Assembly (NCBI GenBank): GCA_037834085.1
Contig: JBBMKC010000007.1
Span: 1 to 52,117, forward strand
Reading direction: 5' to 3'
Source: Bipalium vagum
Taxonomy: Eukaryota
Length of the DNA stretch: 52,117 nucleotides
Made by a program: the position numbers and the translations under genes. Shown here piece by piece: positions 16,001 through 31,000 of the stretch. The notes beneath the pieces were generated by a model, which saw only the letters and a list, made by a program, of their open reading frames with translations, did no database searches and was not told the DNA's origin. Numbering within the stretch: the stretch's first letter is position 1; the number at the start of each line of letters is the position of its first letter.

Positions 16001-19000
16001 GTAGAAAAAAAAAACAATTCCCTAGATACTCCGAACGAAATACCTAAAGAAATTTTTAGTCACAAGGGAAAATTCATCAGCAAATTAAATCTAGGAGACT
16101 AAATGAAAAGACCAGAATTAGCAGCGAGATTCAAACAATCAGAGATTTAAAATCGGACAAAACAATTCTAGAGAATTGCAGATTAGTAATACAAACGGTT
16201 GACCTTCTGTCCACTGATGTATTATAGTCGATGTTTATAGATTCTATTACAATTGTTATTATTATTGTTTTTGTATATAAAGAATCATTTTTCTTAGAGG
16301 TTTAGGTCTCTACAGAATTATATATGCAGAAATAAAGTATTTCATAATTATTTTCATAATTGTATAGTTTTAATAAGTGCCTTCTTTTTATCGTTTATTT
16401 AAACAAATTAATTATCTAAAACTTTTACTAAAATTAATTTAATTTTTTAAAAACGATTTAAATTTATTAAAAACTTATTTTACATTAAGGATTAAATTTT
16501 AATATATTACTTAAAAAAATATTTATGATTTATTATTTAATATTAATTAAAATTTAATCCTTACAATTTTTTTATTATTGAAAAGTTTATAATTAAATAT
16601 TTAATAAAATTTTCAAATAAATATTTTTAATTTCTACAAGAAATATAAATAAACATATTTTTCGGTCTTTGTCTTCTTAAGAAAAATTAGTCTTATATAG
16701 GTTAATATATATACTGGAATATATATATGTTAGTGAATATATACTGGAATCCATAACTTAGTCATTATAAATAACATTGAATCATCTCATCTGTACAGAG
16801 TGGGGAAAATGATCTTTCAAATTTTTTAAGGACATGATTTTAAGGATTTTCATTAACTTTTCTTTGAAAACAAAATTTTTCATTGCATTTTTATTTATTT
16901 TTAATTTAAAATATTTTTAAAAAAAATTTAACTGAAAATCTTTAAAAATGAATCGAGATTTGGAATAGATGAGGAAAGCGTCAGAACTATTGTCAAAAAG
17001 AAATTAAGTCTATGTTCTTACAAGATTAATCAACATCACTTCTTCAGCGATGCAATGAAAGCAAACAAGTTTCTAAAATGTTGCATAATGTAATGCATGG
17101 CCGTCGAGTCTCTAACAAGTTTGTCTTTCTTTCAATTTGAATTTTACATTTTTCATAATTTCTCTAAATTTAAATTATTATTAGTATTAGACAAAAAACA
17201 GGGAAAGATGAGATCATTTAGGTCAATGTTCTTCAAAAAGGAGGTTACAAGAAATTTCAAAGTTATAGAAAACTATTCATAAGAAAATATTTTTATTTAA
17301 GAAAAGATATCGATCAAATTCTAAAGATCTGGAATTAGTACTGAGAGCATCCATCATGGAAATAGGGCACAGATTTGATGTTTTATGCCAGAATATACAA
17401 AATCTTTATTATTATTAAATAAATATATAAATACATATACAGCGAAACCTGTCAATGTTGGGCACCAAAAAGATCAAACATCTTGCCAAAAATATAGGTT
17501 CATGAAAAAAATCAATTTTTAATTTTTAACAAATTTAGAGGTGCCCAAATTAACAGGTTTTACTGTATTAAATACATTTTATATTTTAATTTTTGGAGAT
17601 AAAAAAATTTAGTTTATTATAGGAATCGCGAAAAGAATTGGACCCGTAAAGTGGGTTTGAACACAAAAAGGTTAATGGATTGCAAAGATTATTTAAGAAG
17701 AAAGTACTACTTCTATGACCTGCAGATAAAAAATTAGCGTTTTAAATTTTTTTTATTATTCTTCAATTTTTTTAACATTGATCAGAAAAATAAGAAATTT
17801 CATTAATATAATTTTGAGCTACAAAACCTAATCACGAATAAATGAATTACACGTACAATGCTCATACTATAAATTCTGTCACCAATTTCAAAGTATACAA
17901 CGTTGTTGATGTAACATTAATGAAATTCATGAAGGTTTGAGAGAGTTTCAAGAACGGCTGTAAATCAAAACTACGTGGTGCTGTAGTTGGAGCACATGTC
18001 ATCTCATGTCAAAAGCAATTTTTTTTATCATTCCAGTATACTAACCACGTACAAACCTATTGAGATATTTGCATCGATTCCGGTCTCTGGATTAATTTGA
18101 TATTATTTTTAACATGAAAATATTTGTAAAACTGAGAATTTATTGTGATGCTGAACAAAGTGCTTGAAAAAATCAATGGTTATTTTACGTATGAAGTTTT
18201 TAATAATTAAAGATAACAACCTGGATTATCTTTGAGTTTTATCAACCGCCTTATAGTGAGAGAAGTTCTTATGACGGAAACAAAAATAAATAAATTTAAT
18301 TTATTAAATAAAAACTGAGCAACATCAAATAAATGATAGATTTTTCTAATACACATAAATTAAAGATCAGTTACTAAAATATAGTATTATTATAACGTAT
18401 TTAATAAAAAAATAAGATTTAAGACAATATATTTAAATAAAACATTGTAGATGAATATAAAAACCAATACGGTAACGTTTATCAATAGCGATCTATATTC
18501 AAATAGGAAATATAGATTACTGTATTATATGACTATGAAATTAAAAATGCACAATATATAATCAATAGATATTAAAAATAATATTTTGGCTCACCTCTCT
18601 AAAAGTGTTTCTCATAGAAAGGAGATTCAAAAAAAATATATTTTAATAAAATATTACATTAGCTTTAAAGAGTTAAAATTATTTCCTAACTCAATTTGAG
18701 AAGTAAATTTTGTAATGTAAACTTACGTAATCGATAATATTTAGAAGCTTACGTGGTATAAATGAGAGATAATTTATCTTTTACAGGAATGGGATAAAGC
18801 TTTCCGGTTCCCTGTGTAGATAAGTATAATTTATTACTTACAATAAAATTGGTAACGATTCCATGTTATTGATGATTTTATTACGGATTTTTTTCATTAA
18901 ATCACCAAATTTTTAGATAAATAAATTTTTTTCATAAAAATTTTCTACCTAAATATTCAAGTTTTAAATTAGAGATATATAACTGAAACAATTCAATTTT

Positions 19001-22000
19001 ATTTCATGGAAAAAACAGTTGACAATACTTAAGAACTTTTAAAATATAATTTAAAATATTTTTTGATAATTTTGTCGATGATTTTTAAAATAAAAATTTT
19101 AAAAAAATTAAAATTGATAGAAAGATATTAACAGAAAAAATTAAACGGTAATAACAAAAAATAGATAGTAACAAAATAATCTAAAACATGTTCATGAAAA
19201 TTTCATTTAATAAAAAATTAATTAAGTAATAAATATTATTAGAAGCTTAATAAAATTTAAATTAAAAAGTTCTTAATTTTTCATTCATTTTAACAAGGAT
19301 TTCTTAATAATGAAGATTAAATACTTTCGGATTCATGTAATTTTCCCAAGGAATGTAACATTTCTATTTAACATTGTAATGTGACAGAGTTTTTGATAAA
19401 GTGTACATAACTCAAGTACAGACAGTTAAAGGTGAAAAGTGGTTGAAAGTCATTCAAATTAGGCTCAAATTAGCAAGCAGCTGAAACTTATGTCTTTCTA
19501 ATTTTCGATTACCCATGTCAAATATAAAAAAACTCTATATAGATTCATGGTAAGTTAGGCAGAAACAACTAAAAAGATATCCTATGGTTTCACGAATCAA
19601 CAACCAATAATCATTTTTATATTATTTTCTTGTCTGTGATGAAAACTGAACCCTAGAAGAAGATTCTAAGTAATATGAACCATGAATTGAGATAACACCT
19701 TTTATAAATCATAAAATTTTATACTTATTTCTTAGTTCACAAGCAGTTCGTTATCTACCAGAACCACATTAATTAAAATAAATAAATCACAATAAATCTA
19801 TTGTACTCAAATATAGATGAAATAATGAATAAACCTGCAGAAAAACAGGCATTATAGACATATTCTATTTCATGATAACGACTGTTCTCCTACTGCACAT
19901 CCACCCAACTCATTAAAAAATATGAATTTGGAAACTGCTTAGTACATAAAACAATGATATAATAAAACTACTGCTGTTAAATTTCAGACTGTTGATATAA
20001 ATGAAAGTGAAAACAAAACTGATACGGTACAACTCAGATATTCATTAAGGAAATTAATGAAAAGTAAAAGACGTCAGTGAAAAATTGATTGAATTTATTA
20101 AGAAAAGAATACAAAATCACAGATGTCCGTGAATCAGTTCATAAATATTAATGAGACGTTTCTTAACAGCTGAGAATATATCTGGGACAATTAATGTTAG
20201 TAATAATACAATTACAGTAATAAAAGAGAGAACTGTAAAATTAAAAAGAATGGTATAATTGGGTCTTAAAATACCGTGAGATTAAATACTCGGACATCAA
20301 TCATAATGACTACGATTAGGTTAATGAGAATGTTTATGAGAATTTTTAATTTTAACATCATAATCAAATAAATTAAAATAATCATAATAAATATTTAAAA
20401 TCAATAAAAGTCAATATGAATTTCATTTTAAATATTAAATATAGATTATAGAAATTTAATGTAATCTATAATTAAACTGTTTGATTTTGAAATTAAATAC
20501 TATTTTTTAAAAAATAAATTAAAAATAAAGAGATGGAAATGAATTTTTCTTAAATATTCAGATATTTGTACCCTAAAAAAATTAATAAAAATATTATGAA
20601 ATGTAAACATATTGATGTTAATAATAATTAATTAAAATTTCTGAAATTTGTCATAGAATATTATGATTTTACATAGTTTGTGACATGCATTATACTTAGA
20701 CGTAAAAATGTGTACTCGTGTGCTCCTGATTCCTTACTTTTATAAATTGACTGTTCGTAACTCCTTTTAACCTTTTCGAATCAAAACACCCACCACAATA
20801 CCGTATCCGCACCCCCAAGAACTGAATCAAACTTCTACAATAAAACTTTATTTGAACAAAACACAATCACACTGGAAAAAAATGACCACAACGACAATCC
20901 ACTTCGTTAAATCACCCTATAATCAATGAGTCCAATGAATAACAATGACACCAAGAATAATGATAAATAAATGAAATAAAATAAAAATAAATACTGTTAC
21001 TATTATAATAAAAGAGAAGAAAAAGAGGATCACAGAAGAAATAGTCAAGAGTAAAAACAAAACGGTCTCACGAAAAGCGACAAGAGGTCCCTGGGTCACC
21101 CTCTTGGTCCTTCTCAGGTCACCTAGGAGTTCCCAAGCTCGCTGGGTCCCCTTGGTAAATCCTTCTGCGTCGCCATATCCACTAGGAGGAAAACCTGATA
21201 TAATTGCCTTTGTCTCGAAATTGATTCCTGAATTGATCCTTGAATTGATTCCTTCCTTTAATTTTTTGAGCCAATTGACGGGAATAGCCGTCTCTTTATA
21301 TGGGCGTAGAGATTGGTCTACGATCACCAATCCCTAAGCTTAGAGACAGCTATTTTCTCTAATAGCTATTCACTCTATCTCCACGCCGAGATAGACTCAT
21401 CAAGGCTAATGGAATCCTGCCTAAACTTGCGAAAAATCACCATGGCGGGATTTGCTCATAAAGAATNNNNNNNNNNNNNNNNNNNNNNNNNNNNNNNNNN
21501 NNNNNNNNNNNNNNNNNNNNNNNNNNNNNNNNNNNNNNNNNNNNNNNNNNNNNNNNNNNNNNNNNNNNNNNNNNNNNNNNNNNNNNNNNNNNNNNNNNNN
21601 NNNNNNNNNNNNNNNNNNNNNNNNNNNNNNNATGATGTTTTCATTTTCAAAACAAAATTAATTTTCTATTCACTTTTTCATATTTTTCCCATAATTTGTG
21701 AAGATTCCTCCAAATTAGCTAAGAACATACTAAAATTGCACGACCAAAAATAAATGGGACTCAAGCTAAGAAAACCAAAACAAATAAGAATCAAAACGAC
21801 GAAACAATTGGCTAAATTAATTAAAACAAAATAGTGATGTTGCATCTGTTACTTTGAGTTACATTTTGATTTTACTTTGATGTTTAGGTGGTATGTATAA
21901 TAATATATATTTTTATATACGTATATTCAGTGTGTTAAATAAGTCCTTTTGGATTTTATATAATGTAATATCAACAGAAATTTATTATATATATGTAACG

Positions 22001-25000
22001 AAATTCTGCATGTAAAGGTTTTAAAAACTGCTTTCAATTTTTTATGATACCATTAATAAAAAAAACAATTATAAATTCATAATAATAAATTAAAATAATA
22101 AATAATTAAGTTAATAAATATAATCTAAGAGAAGCTTAAAAAATTAGAAAATTAAAAACTATTAACAAATATTTAACATTTGCTACTAATTAATTTTAAT
22201 CCTAAATTCAAGCTCTATAGAAGTAGAGCAGTACACAATAAAATGAACAAATAAATAAACAAAGACTACTAGCAGCACATCACAAATGTACAGAATTTAA
22301 AATGAATTACAAGATAATTTCTACTTAATTTCGACGGATCATTTACATAATGTGGACCACTTCTTTGTTTAAATAGTTCAAGTTTATATTTGTTAACGAA
22401 AAAAATTAGCCACAAACTGCTTTTAACAAAATTTAACATTGATTTTGAATTTATACAATATTTAATGAATCCAATAATCATACAGAAAAGAAGCTAAATT
22501 GTAAAAATTGTTAATTATTATTTAATTTTAAATTGAATATCGATATAACCGATTATTTTAAACAAACCAAAATACGAGAAACATATAATACAACTGATTC
22601 ACCTCTACTTTAATATGAGGCAACATTTCATTTGAAAATAACTGGAATAATTGGAGAAGTCAAAACTATTAACTAAATAAAAGGACCAATTTTACTACTG
22701 GAAGTGTATTTGCTGTTGATTTAGATCTGATATGGTAAGTTATATTTTTCCTTAATCTATACATTATCCGCCATAAAACATTTATCAAACTGTATTTTTT
22801 ATTAACATCGAGTGAATAATAATATTTAAGAACTAACTACCAGGATTATTTACCAGGGTTTTTAATTAAACTACATAAATAATCAAAGACCTCTTTATTT
22901 ACATTATTCCTTAATTATAAGTTTTCTTTGAACCAACCTTGTAGGTCCAATTAGCTACTATCAACACTTTTAGTTTGAGAATAGTCTATTCTGAGCACTT
23001 CTCTAGATTTCCTCAAATCGAGAAGAATATAATAATACAAGATAAAAAAGTTTGGAAGCTTATAAAAATTGTACAAAATCGGTTTAAAAAAGTAGTTTAT
23101 ATAACCACAACTTTCCTATTTTTTTGAGTCATTTTTGTTGGGCAATTAGATCAACTGAAAAAAATATGAAATTAATTTAAATATCAGAACCAATATCAAA
23201 TTGTTTAACTAATCATTAATAATAATAACCCATATTATCGACTAAAAGACCAAAAGATACTTACTTGTCTCTAAGAACATTATGGTCAACGGTAGCAGAA
23301 AAAAGGACGACTGCAGATAAATCTATAAATGGATAATAATAAATAGAAGTTAAGAGAAAATAAGGATTCTATTTCATGTTGTTTTAGGATAGTTTTAAAA
23401 GGATACACACAAATGACGATGTCGCACAAGCAGCAATTGATCCGAGAGGAATTGAGAATTGTGGATTGGCTAAGTCCCCAGATCTATTAGACCCAGCCAT
23501 AATACCTTTACAAAATATTCTAGTGTTTTTTCTCTAACCAACCTTACCTGTAACTGAAGGAAAAAATATTCCAATTAAAATGGTGAAAGAGATATATATA
23601 TCAGAAACACTCGGAGACTGACCAAGACCAGTTGGAGGAAATTTACCAGGTCGACCGTAAAAGCTGCCCTTGGTAGTGTAATAATTTTGAAAAAATCCAT
23701 CTAAAAGTTTAAAATGAATAACATTTTTTTGAAAAGTATATATATTTTAATTATTAAATTCTTTAGATGTCTACCAAACAGAAAGAAGATAAATTAACTT
23801 CTGTTTGGAATTTTATTTTATTTCAAAATCAATTGAGGATCTATCTCATTAATGAACCAAGATGTATAGAAAGTTCAACAACTAAAAATTAGCTTGCCAG
23901 AGCAGTCAGTTGTAATAAATAAAAATGAATTTGTATTGTTCCATGATAAGAAAAAATCACATATTTTAAGTGACTCTAGAAGCAATGTATGATAATACTG
24001 AAAAATTCTGGCACATCAACAAATATTCTTCCTTATTTTCTTATCTCATTTTATGACCATATATTTTTGTTATCACGACTTCTTCGGTTATCGTAAAATC
24101 AAGAAAGTAACTTAATAAAGTAATGAATAAAGAAATGTAATTTATATTTCGGCATGATTAGGTACTTAGAAATAATGCAATAATATTCGTAAAACACATG
24201 GAGATTATGTTGTTTATCATCCAATAATTTAGATAAGACAAAATAAGTCTTAAAAACCACCAGGGAGGTAGACGTAAAATTTTTCTGGAAAACATGTTGG
24301 ATTGATATAAAACATTTTTAAACAAAGAGAAATTAGAAATTTTCACAATTCAGTTCGAAAAATGAATCTTTTACAACAATCGCAAAATATTCTACCAATA
24401 AGTTGACAAAAGCGAAGCCACAAAATGTCTTCCAAAGCCATCTTCTCATTCAAAGAAAGGACTGGTATCCGCTGGGTGAGGTCTTATTTAAAAATTATTC
24501 ATTTTTTTCAATTGTCAAATGGTGAAACCATCAATATGGATACATACAGCGATTAAATTGTCAAAATAACTGGAAACCTGAAGAGACAATGTGTTAAACT
24601 AAATCTATTAAGCGCAGAAAACTCCAGACCTTATGTGTCTGTACAAACTTCGAAATTCCTGGATTTGAATTAAGAACCTCTTCGTCATCTAACAGGTCAA
24701 CTAAATTTATATTCAATTTTTTATTCACATATTCAAGAAAAAAACAAGAAAATTTTATCGGACAATTCTTTGACTTCAAAATCAAAATTGTCTATAAATG
24801 TGGAAGTTCTGCAAAGTCAGAAGTTCTTAGAAGCTGACAGAGATTATTTTGATTAATAAAAGATTTTATAAAGTCTTGATCTCATTTAATTTTGAAGCAT
24901 AAAGATAGTATAAAAATAGACACTTAATAGGCACCATCTTAACTAATTTCATAGAAAAAAGAAAATTTTTATTGTCAGTTTTATAAAAGCAGTACCGATT

Positions 25001-28000
25001 ACCTTTTAACAATGGTCTGTAAAATCCAGGAATAGCCGGAACTTCTGAGACATTATTTTCTTGGAAAAATTTACAAGATTCGCTGTCTTCCTGAGTGGTT
25101 CCATTGCAATACACTTTATACAAAGGTCCATCACTTCTTTTATCACATCTGAAAGAACCATTGGCTTGTTTGTCAGTGACTATGTCCATTGTTAACAACC
25201 GGTCTCCCAATATACAGACTCTAATTTTGCCATATCAACAGTACATGATCGGAATCAATTTGAAATTACTTTGGAGATCTTCCGGGATTTGCTACAAATA
25301 TCCCAATATACACACACAATATTGAGCAGAGAACACAGGCCAAACTTAACGTGGAAAATTTACTGACAAACCTAATTCCTATAAACACGAAACTCATCAT
25401 AATACAGAGCAAAATAACTCCATAAATTCTCGTGTTATTGACCAAAATACTTTCATGTGCATCTATAGGGCCGAATAGACTGGCATTTGGGACGATATAT
25501 TTCTAAAATAAGCATTATCAACACGAATAATGAATGGAAATAATTGAATACAAGTAACACTTCTATTGCCCCGATAATGTACATAGCAGCCGCGACTGTG
25601 TTACCAAAATAAAACAGAATTCCCACAGTACCACCAAATTCTGGACCAAGCGATCTACTAATCATAAAATAGGAACCACCAGCTGGAACCTTTCCATTTG
25701 TAGCGATAGCTGACATGCTTAAAACTGTCAGCATAGTCTAAATACATTTATAAATAAAATAAGAAATGTGCTCAGGATGGTAAAGGTATTTTGATATTTA
25801 ATATTTTAATGTTGTGTATTAATTCTTATCAATTTCAAAATTAGTCGAAATAATGAGAAATATAAATAATTCGAAGCTTAGTATAATAATACATAGATGT
25901 GGTATTATATTATTAATATTATAATTGTATTAATATATTGTTAATAAACGCATAATAACAATGTTCGTGGTGTGGATTTAAAGTCGTTAGACGCGTACAA
26001 AAATATGAATGATAATATTAAGATGAAACTTTTTATTTACAAAAACTTAACTATACAGGTAAACATAGACTCATTTTTCTATATAACCACATTCTGGTTT
26101 CAAGCACTTCTTCAATCAGTTTAGTAATGAAAAAAGATCATTTTCATAAAGATCCATCCTTTTCATTGAAAGAATTTTGCAACAGTGTTATCAGATTGAT
26201 TTGATCTAAAAGATAAAGAACTTTCTTTTCTTCTAAAACTCTTTAATACAACCAATAGCCAATCTGTATGAAACTAAAACAAATTTATCATAAAATTAGA
26301 ATTTATTAAGAATACAACTTCTGATCATTGAAATTCAACGAGAAAGACTGAAAGAAAAAACATAAATGTTGCATCAACTGAATGAAATACAAATGAAACC
26401 GAAGTCACTAGAAAGTTAGTTCATATCTGTAACGGTGTATTCAGAAAGTATATTCCAAGCCGTAGAAATGAATTCATCAGATAGAACTGGAATATTATCA
26501 GATAAATTCAATATTACTCAAACATCAGATGCATTACACCTTCATCGGGAAGTGCCTACAATTCAAACAAATAAGGCTAAGTTTTGATCTTGGAAAAAAG
26601 TGAAATCGGTACAAAATAAAATACAAAATCAAATCTCTTTTGAAAGAAACAACGCGGTGTATTAGGAACTTTTAAACCCCAAGAAGCTGTTATTTTTGAA
26701 AATAAAGGAAGTTAAGCAATTAAGCTAGATCAATGTTTGATAGTTAAGCAATCAGAGTCCGCAAAAATGCATATGATGGTATTTTTTACATTAAAATATA
26801 AGAGTTAAAGCCTTTTTGAAGATCTGTCCTGAGAAGTATTCATTAACCAATAATATTCACCTGATCTAACACAGTGAGATTCCTACCTTTTCCCATTGAT
26901 GATAAGCACACTTGCTCAATAACTTTTCAAAACTTAAAAGGAAGTGGTAAATATATCTTTGAATGGGTTGAAATTTGTAGAAATTTGTAGCTAGACTGAC
27001 ATTTTTTGAATATTATTATAAATGTTACTCCTGAAATTATCGTGATTTTATTACAAAATTTGTATTGTTAAACGGTACATCTATTTTTATTGAAATGTAA
27101 CATTAATTATTCAGGAAATTTGTTTTGAAATAAGTTTTAATTTTTGTTTACTCGATCAGTACAATTTTTTTATAAACAATTTTCGAGGAAAAAATTCAGG
27201 GTTTAAAGAATAAAGAAATTAAGATTGTAATTTTTCTTGTCTCAACGTTGAAAATAATTAATTCAGACATTTTTATAATATACAACACATCAAAATATAT
27301 AAATTACGAGAAAAATAAAACATCATTATTAATTTAAATAATATTATATAAAAATGTCTGTAATGTTGCATAACTTAATCAAAATATTAATATTTGATAG
27401 TAAAAATTGGTCTATGTTTTTAGTTTCATATGCACTTCCATATCAGATTAATCAAATTTCTCAATAATCTGCCTGTGTGGAAATGGTGAGAAAATTAATA
27501 AATAATATCGTACCATCTTTTAACAACAGAAAATAAGAATTAATTATTTTCTCACAATTTTATTTATTAAAATTAAAAAATATATTCGCAAATTAACTTC
27601 TAACATGAAATTATAATGTCAAAGAAAATGTTGAAAATTGATTATTGAAAACGACGGAAGTCAAAAAAATATAAGTGGAAATTATTTTTTACATCAATGG
27701 ATTTAAATGTATGTATCGTTTGAATAAAGAAAACAACGATTAACGTCGGATAATGAAATAAAAGTTATCAGACCATACCCCCTCAACAACGACCATGGAT
27801 CTCTGAATGTCAACGTATAAAATCTGTGTCTCGAATAATTGCTATATTAAATTATCTCATTCGAAAATAACTATTTAAGCAATCAAACATTTTATGAAAC
27901 CCAACGAATTTTAATTTTTCTCAATTGAAGATAAAAATTGATTTCTCCTCTCTGAACGACAAAGAGTGAATTTTGATACTTTTAATGAAATTTTGTTCTA

Positions 28001-31000
28001 AAGAATTTAGTTACCCTCATATTCCCAATTGTAATTCTCAATTAATTAATATCAGATAAAGTCAACTTGGTTTTGCTCCAAGAAATTTTTAGATCTCTGA
28101 ATCGATCTAATCAAATATTTCAACCAAGGCTGGAACCGACTGATAATAAAATAAAAAAAAAATATATATATATATGAGTATTTGGTCTCATACAAAGCTT
28201 ACCATTGGTCGTTTGATGAGAACTGCTTTATAATTATATTTTTTTTTCTAACTTAAATATTTCTGTATCAGACAACACTCATATTTAGCTTACATTTAAA
28301 TTATAAATAAATAAATGAATAAGGGGTTTTAATTTAATTTCATCTAAGTTTTCAAAGTCTCAATATATATTTTTATGTTTTATGAATAATATTTTTAATT
28401 TTAGATTTTAAACTTTGAAAGAATAGATGAAACTACGTTTGTTCTTTATTATTAAGTAACAAATCAATGAACCTAAATTCCATCCGGCCTGTGGTTGGTA
28501 AGTCACAAAGCATTACGAGGGATTGTGAAATATCCTAACTAATCAATATAGTTTTTAAGGTAAATCCATAAACTTTTAAAAATTTCCAAGTCCCAAATTT
28601 ACCATCTTTCATTTTCTGTTTTGAAATCTTCAATCAAGTTTTTTCAGAGAAGCAGTTACATTATGTAAAATCCGAAAAGCACCTAACTTTCTCATTTTAA
28701 AAACCATCATTGATCATTCGTGTTACACATTGATTCTGAGATAAATTCCTCTTTAAAAGCAAGTACCAAACAGGAGTCATCTTTAAAAATGGGCCCAACA
28801 CTTTAATAATTGTTTAATTTGATTGGGAATCCAAACCGAAACAGATTTTTGGTCATTGTTTGTTTGAGCGACACATTAGTAAATTGTTTTCTTTCAAAAT
28901 ACAGAGTCCCCCAAGCATTTACAAATTTAGAATGGAAGATAAGTGATTCTATGCCAAACTATGTTCAATTTTAACATATCTCTAATTTGATTAATGCCTA
29001 TTTTATTTATTCTTCTTTGCGCAACTATAAAATATGTATTAAGAAAGAAAATATATAAAAGCAAAATAATTGAATATATTTTTAATATTTACATTATTTA
29101 ATTAAAAATTTTTAATCGAGAAGAATTAATGGTTTTGAAAAATCTTTGCTCCACCACATTAAAAAAAGACTTAACTTTTGGAATGTCAAACATTATTCTC
29201 AAGCGGTGCATCAGAAATTAAATGTTCAATATTAGAATAGATTTATCCAATAAAAGTTTTGTGTAAATTAAAACCAAAATTAAATTAGTTATTTAGTCAT
29301 TATTTAATAATAAATTTAATTTCCATGACAAAGTTAAAATTAAATAAAATGAGATTATTAAGATTTCACGAAAATCTGAACAAGCTATCATCTTTTGGAA
29401 AAGTTAATAAAAGGGAAACTGTAATTTTTGAGAATAAATGAATATTAATTTTTATTTTATTTATAGAATTAGAATTTTGGATGAAATACATAAAAAAGAA
29501 CTTATGAAATTACTTCCTACGGAAGACAATGAAATACGCTTGTACATAACAAGAAAAAATAATCGACTTTATTATAATGAAATCATGGTTGACATTTCCA
29601 CCCAGTTCTACATTAAACCACAAAATCTCTCTATCTCTTAATAAAAATTTGTATAGAGTGACACAAAATTAGATAAAGGAAGTGATAATATTAAGTAATA
29701 AAATAATTGCACTAAATAATAAATTTATAAGAATGGTGTAAATATTTTCTATTGGTCAAATCAAATAAGAGTAATATTATAGAATAGAATATAAAAGAGA
29801 TTTAACATAGACATTTATCTAGAATATTATGAAAAAATAAAGTATTTTATTGAACTAATTAAAAAACACAGGTGTTGCAATATAATTTGGAATTTTCTCA
29901 TTTTAATTTGAAATATTTGTATTATTATAGAAACTTTTATTTGAAAAAATTGAAATTAAAAATAATATATTATATTATATAAATAATATATATATATATT
30001 TTTCCAATTTCCAATTCTTTTCTTACAAGAATTACTGCTTTAGTTGTAAATCTAAAACCAAAGACTTGAGAATTTAACGAAAACTTTTATAATCGGTTTT
30101 TGAGATTGAGAAATAACGATAAAAACATACGATGCGCAAAATTATCCCCACTTTGAAAACGACTATAAAAGCATTCATTTGATAGTTATTATGAATTTTA
30201 TTACCCCAGACATCATAATTTATATATAGTAGTAGCATGGAGGTAGTAGCATGCCACACCGAATTGCGGAATCTGCAGAAAAAAATGATCATAAATCCAT
30301 ACTGATGGAAATTTTATTAATAAATTTTTTGTTGAAATCTGTCTGTTTGTTTTTAACATTGCTTAACTTAATGAAAATTTCAAATTTCAAATTAATTTTT
30401 AAAAGTGAAAGGATAATTTTGGCGCACAGTATATAATATCATTTGATATTTTTTAACGAAACTGGATTTTAACCGTTAAAATAAATTTATTCTTATTAGA
30501 ATATAAAAGTTAAATTCTATTACGTTTATTATTAACATAATATTTTCTTATTAATAATCATTTGAAAATATAGGATCTGTTTTGATATAACTTTCGCATT
30601 TTCTGACAATACTCTGAAGACAAGATGTTAACCAATACATATATCTCCCAATTAACACAGGAGTCGAGACAAATTTATCAATTGGCTAGCAACTCAGATC
30701 CGAAAATTGGTAACGAAGCTATTAAAGCAATTTTTTATATCAATACCATCAAGATTCTCTATTCCTTATACCTGAGACAACTCCGAACTCAATGATACGA
30801 TCTGGTTGCCCAAGGTACCGAATACCACAGAATCGCTCGAGCTATCATATGATATGCTAGCGGTCTTTACAAGTCGCAAAGTTTTTCCAGATTTTTAGAA
30901 TTAAATTAACGTAACAATCAAATCAAATTAAAACCAAAAGTACATTGAAGAGACCAAAAAATTCGGGTAAGAAAAATATTTTATTTAAAAAAATTCAGTA

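Noticed and set aside
16010-16230. Penelope-like peptide [15 protein letters not shown]
   Set aside because: The diagnostic ADKG motif is missing and the match is too short.
20923-21337. 135-aa and 77-aa ORFs, one with a TM-like tail
   Set aside because: No recognisable motif. The hydrophobic tail comes from T-rich low complexity inside an LTR-like block.
11147-21753. ORFs containing X runs
   Set aside because: They are artefacts of translating through the N gaps.
25095-25325. Plus-strand 76-aa ORF
   Set aside because: It is the antisense shadow of KCC exons 6-7.
28480-28960. Possible non-LTR retrotransposon relic on the minus strand
   Set aside because: Only a vague GLGI-like resemblance, with many stops.
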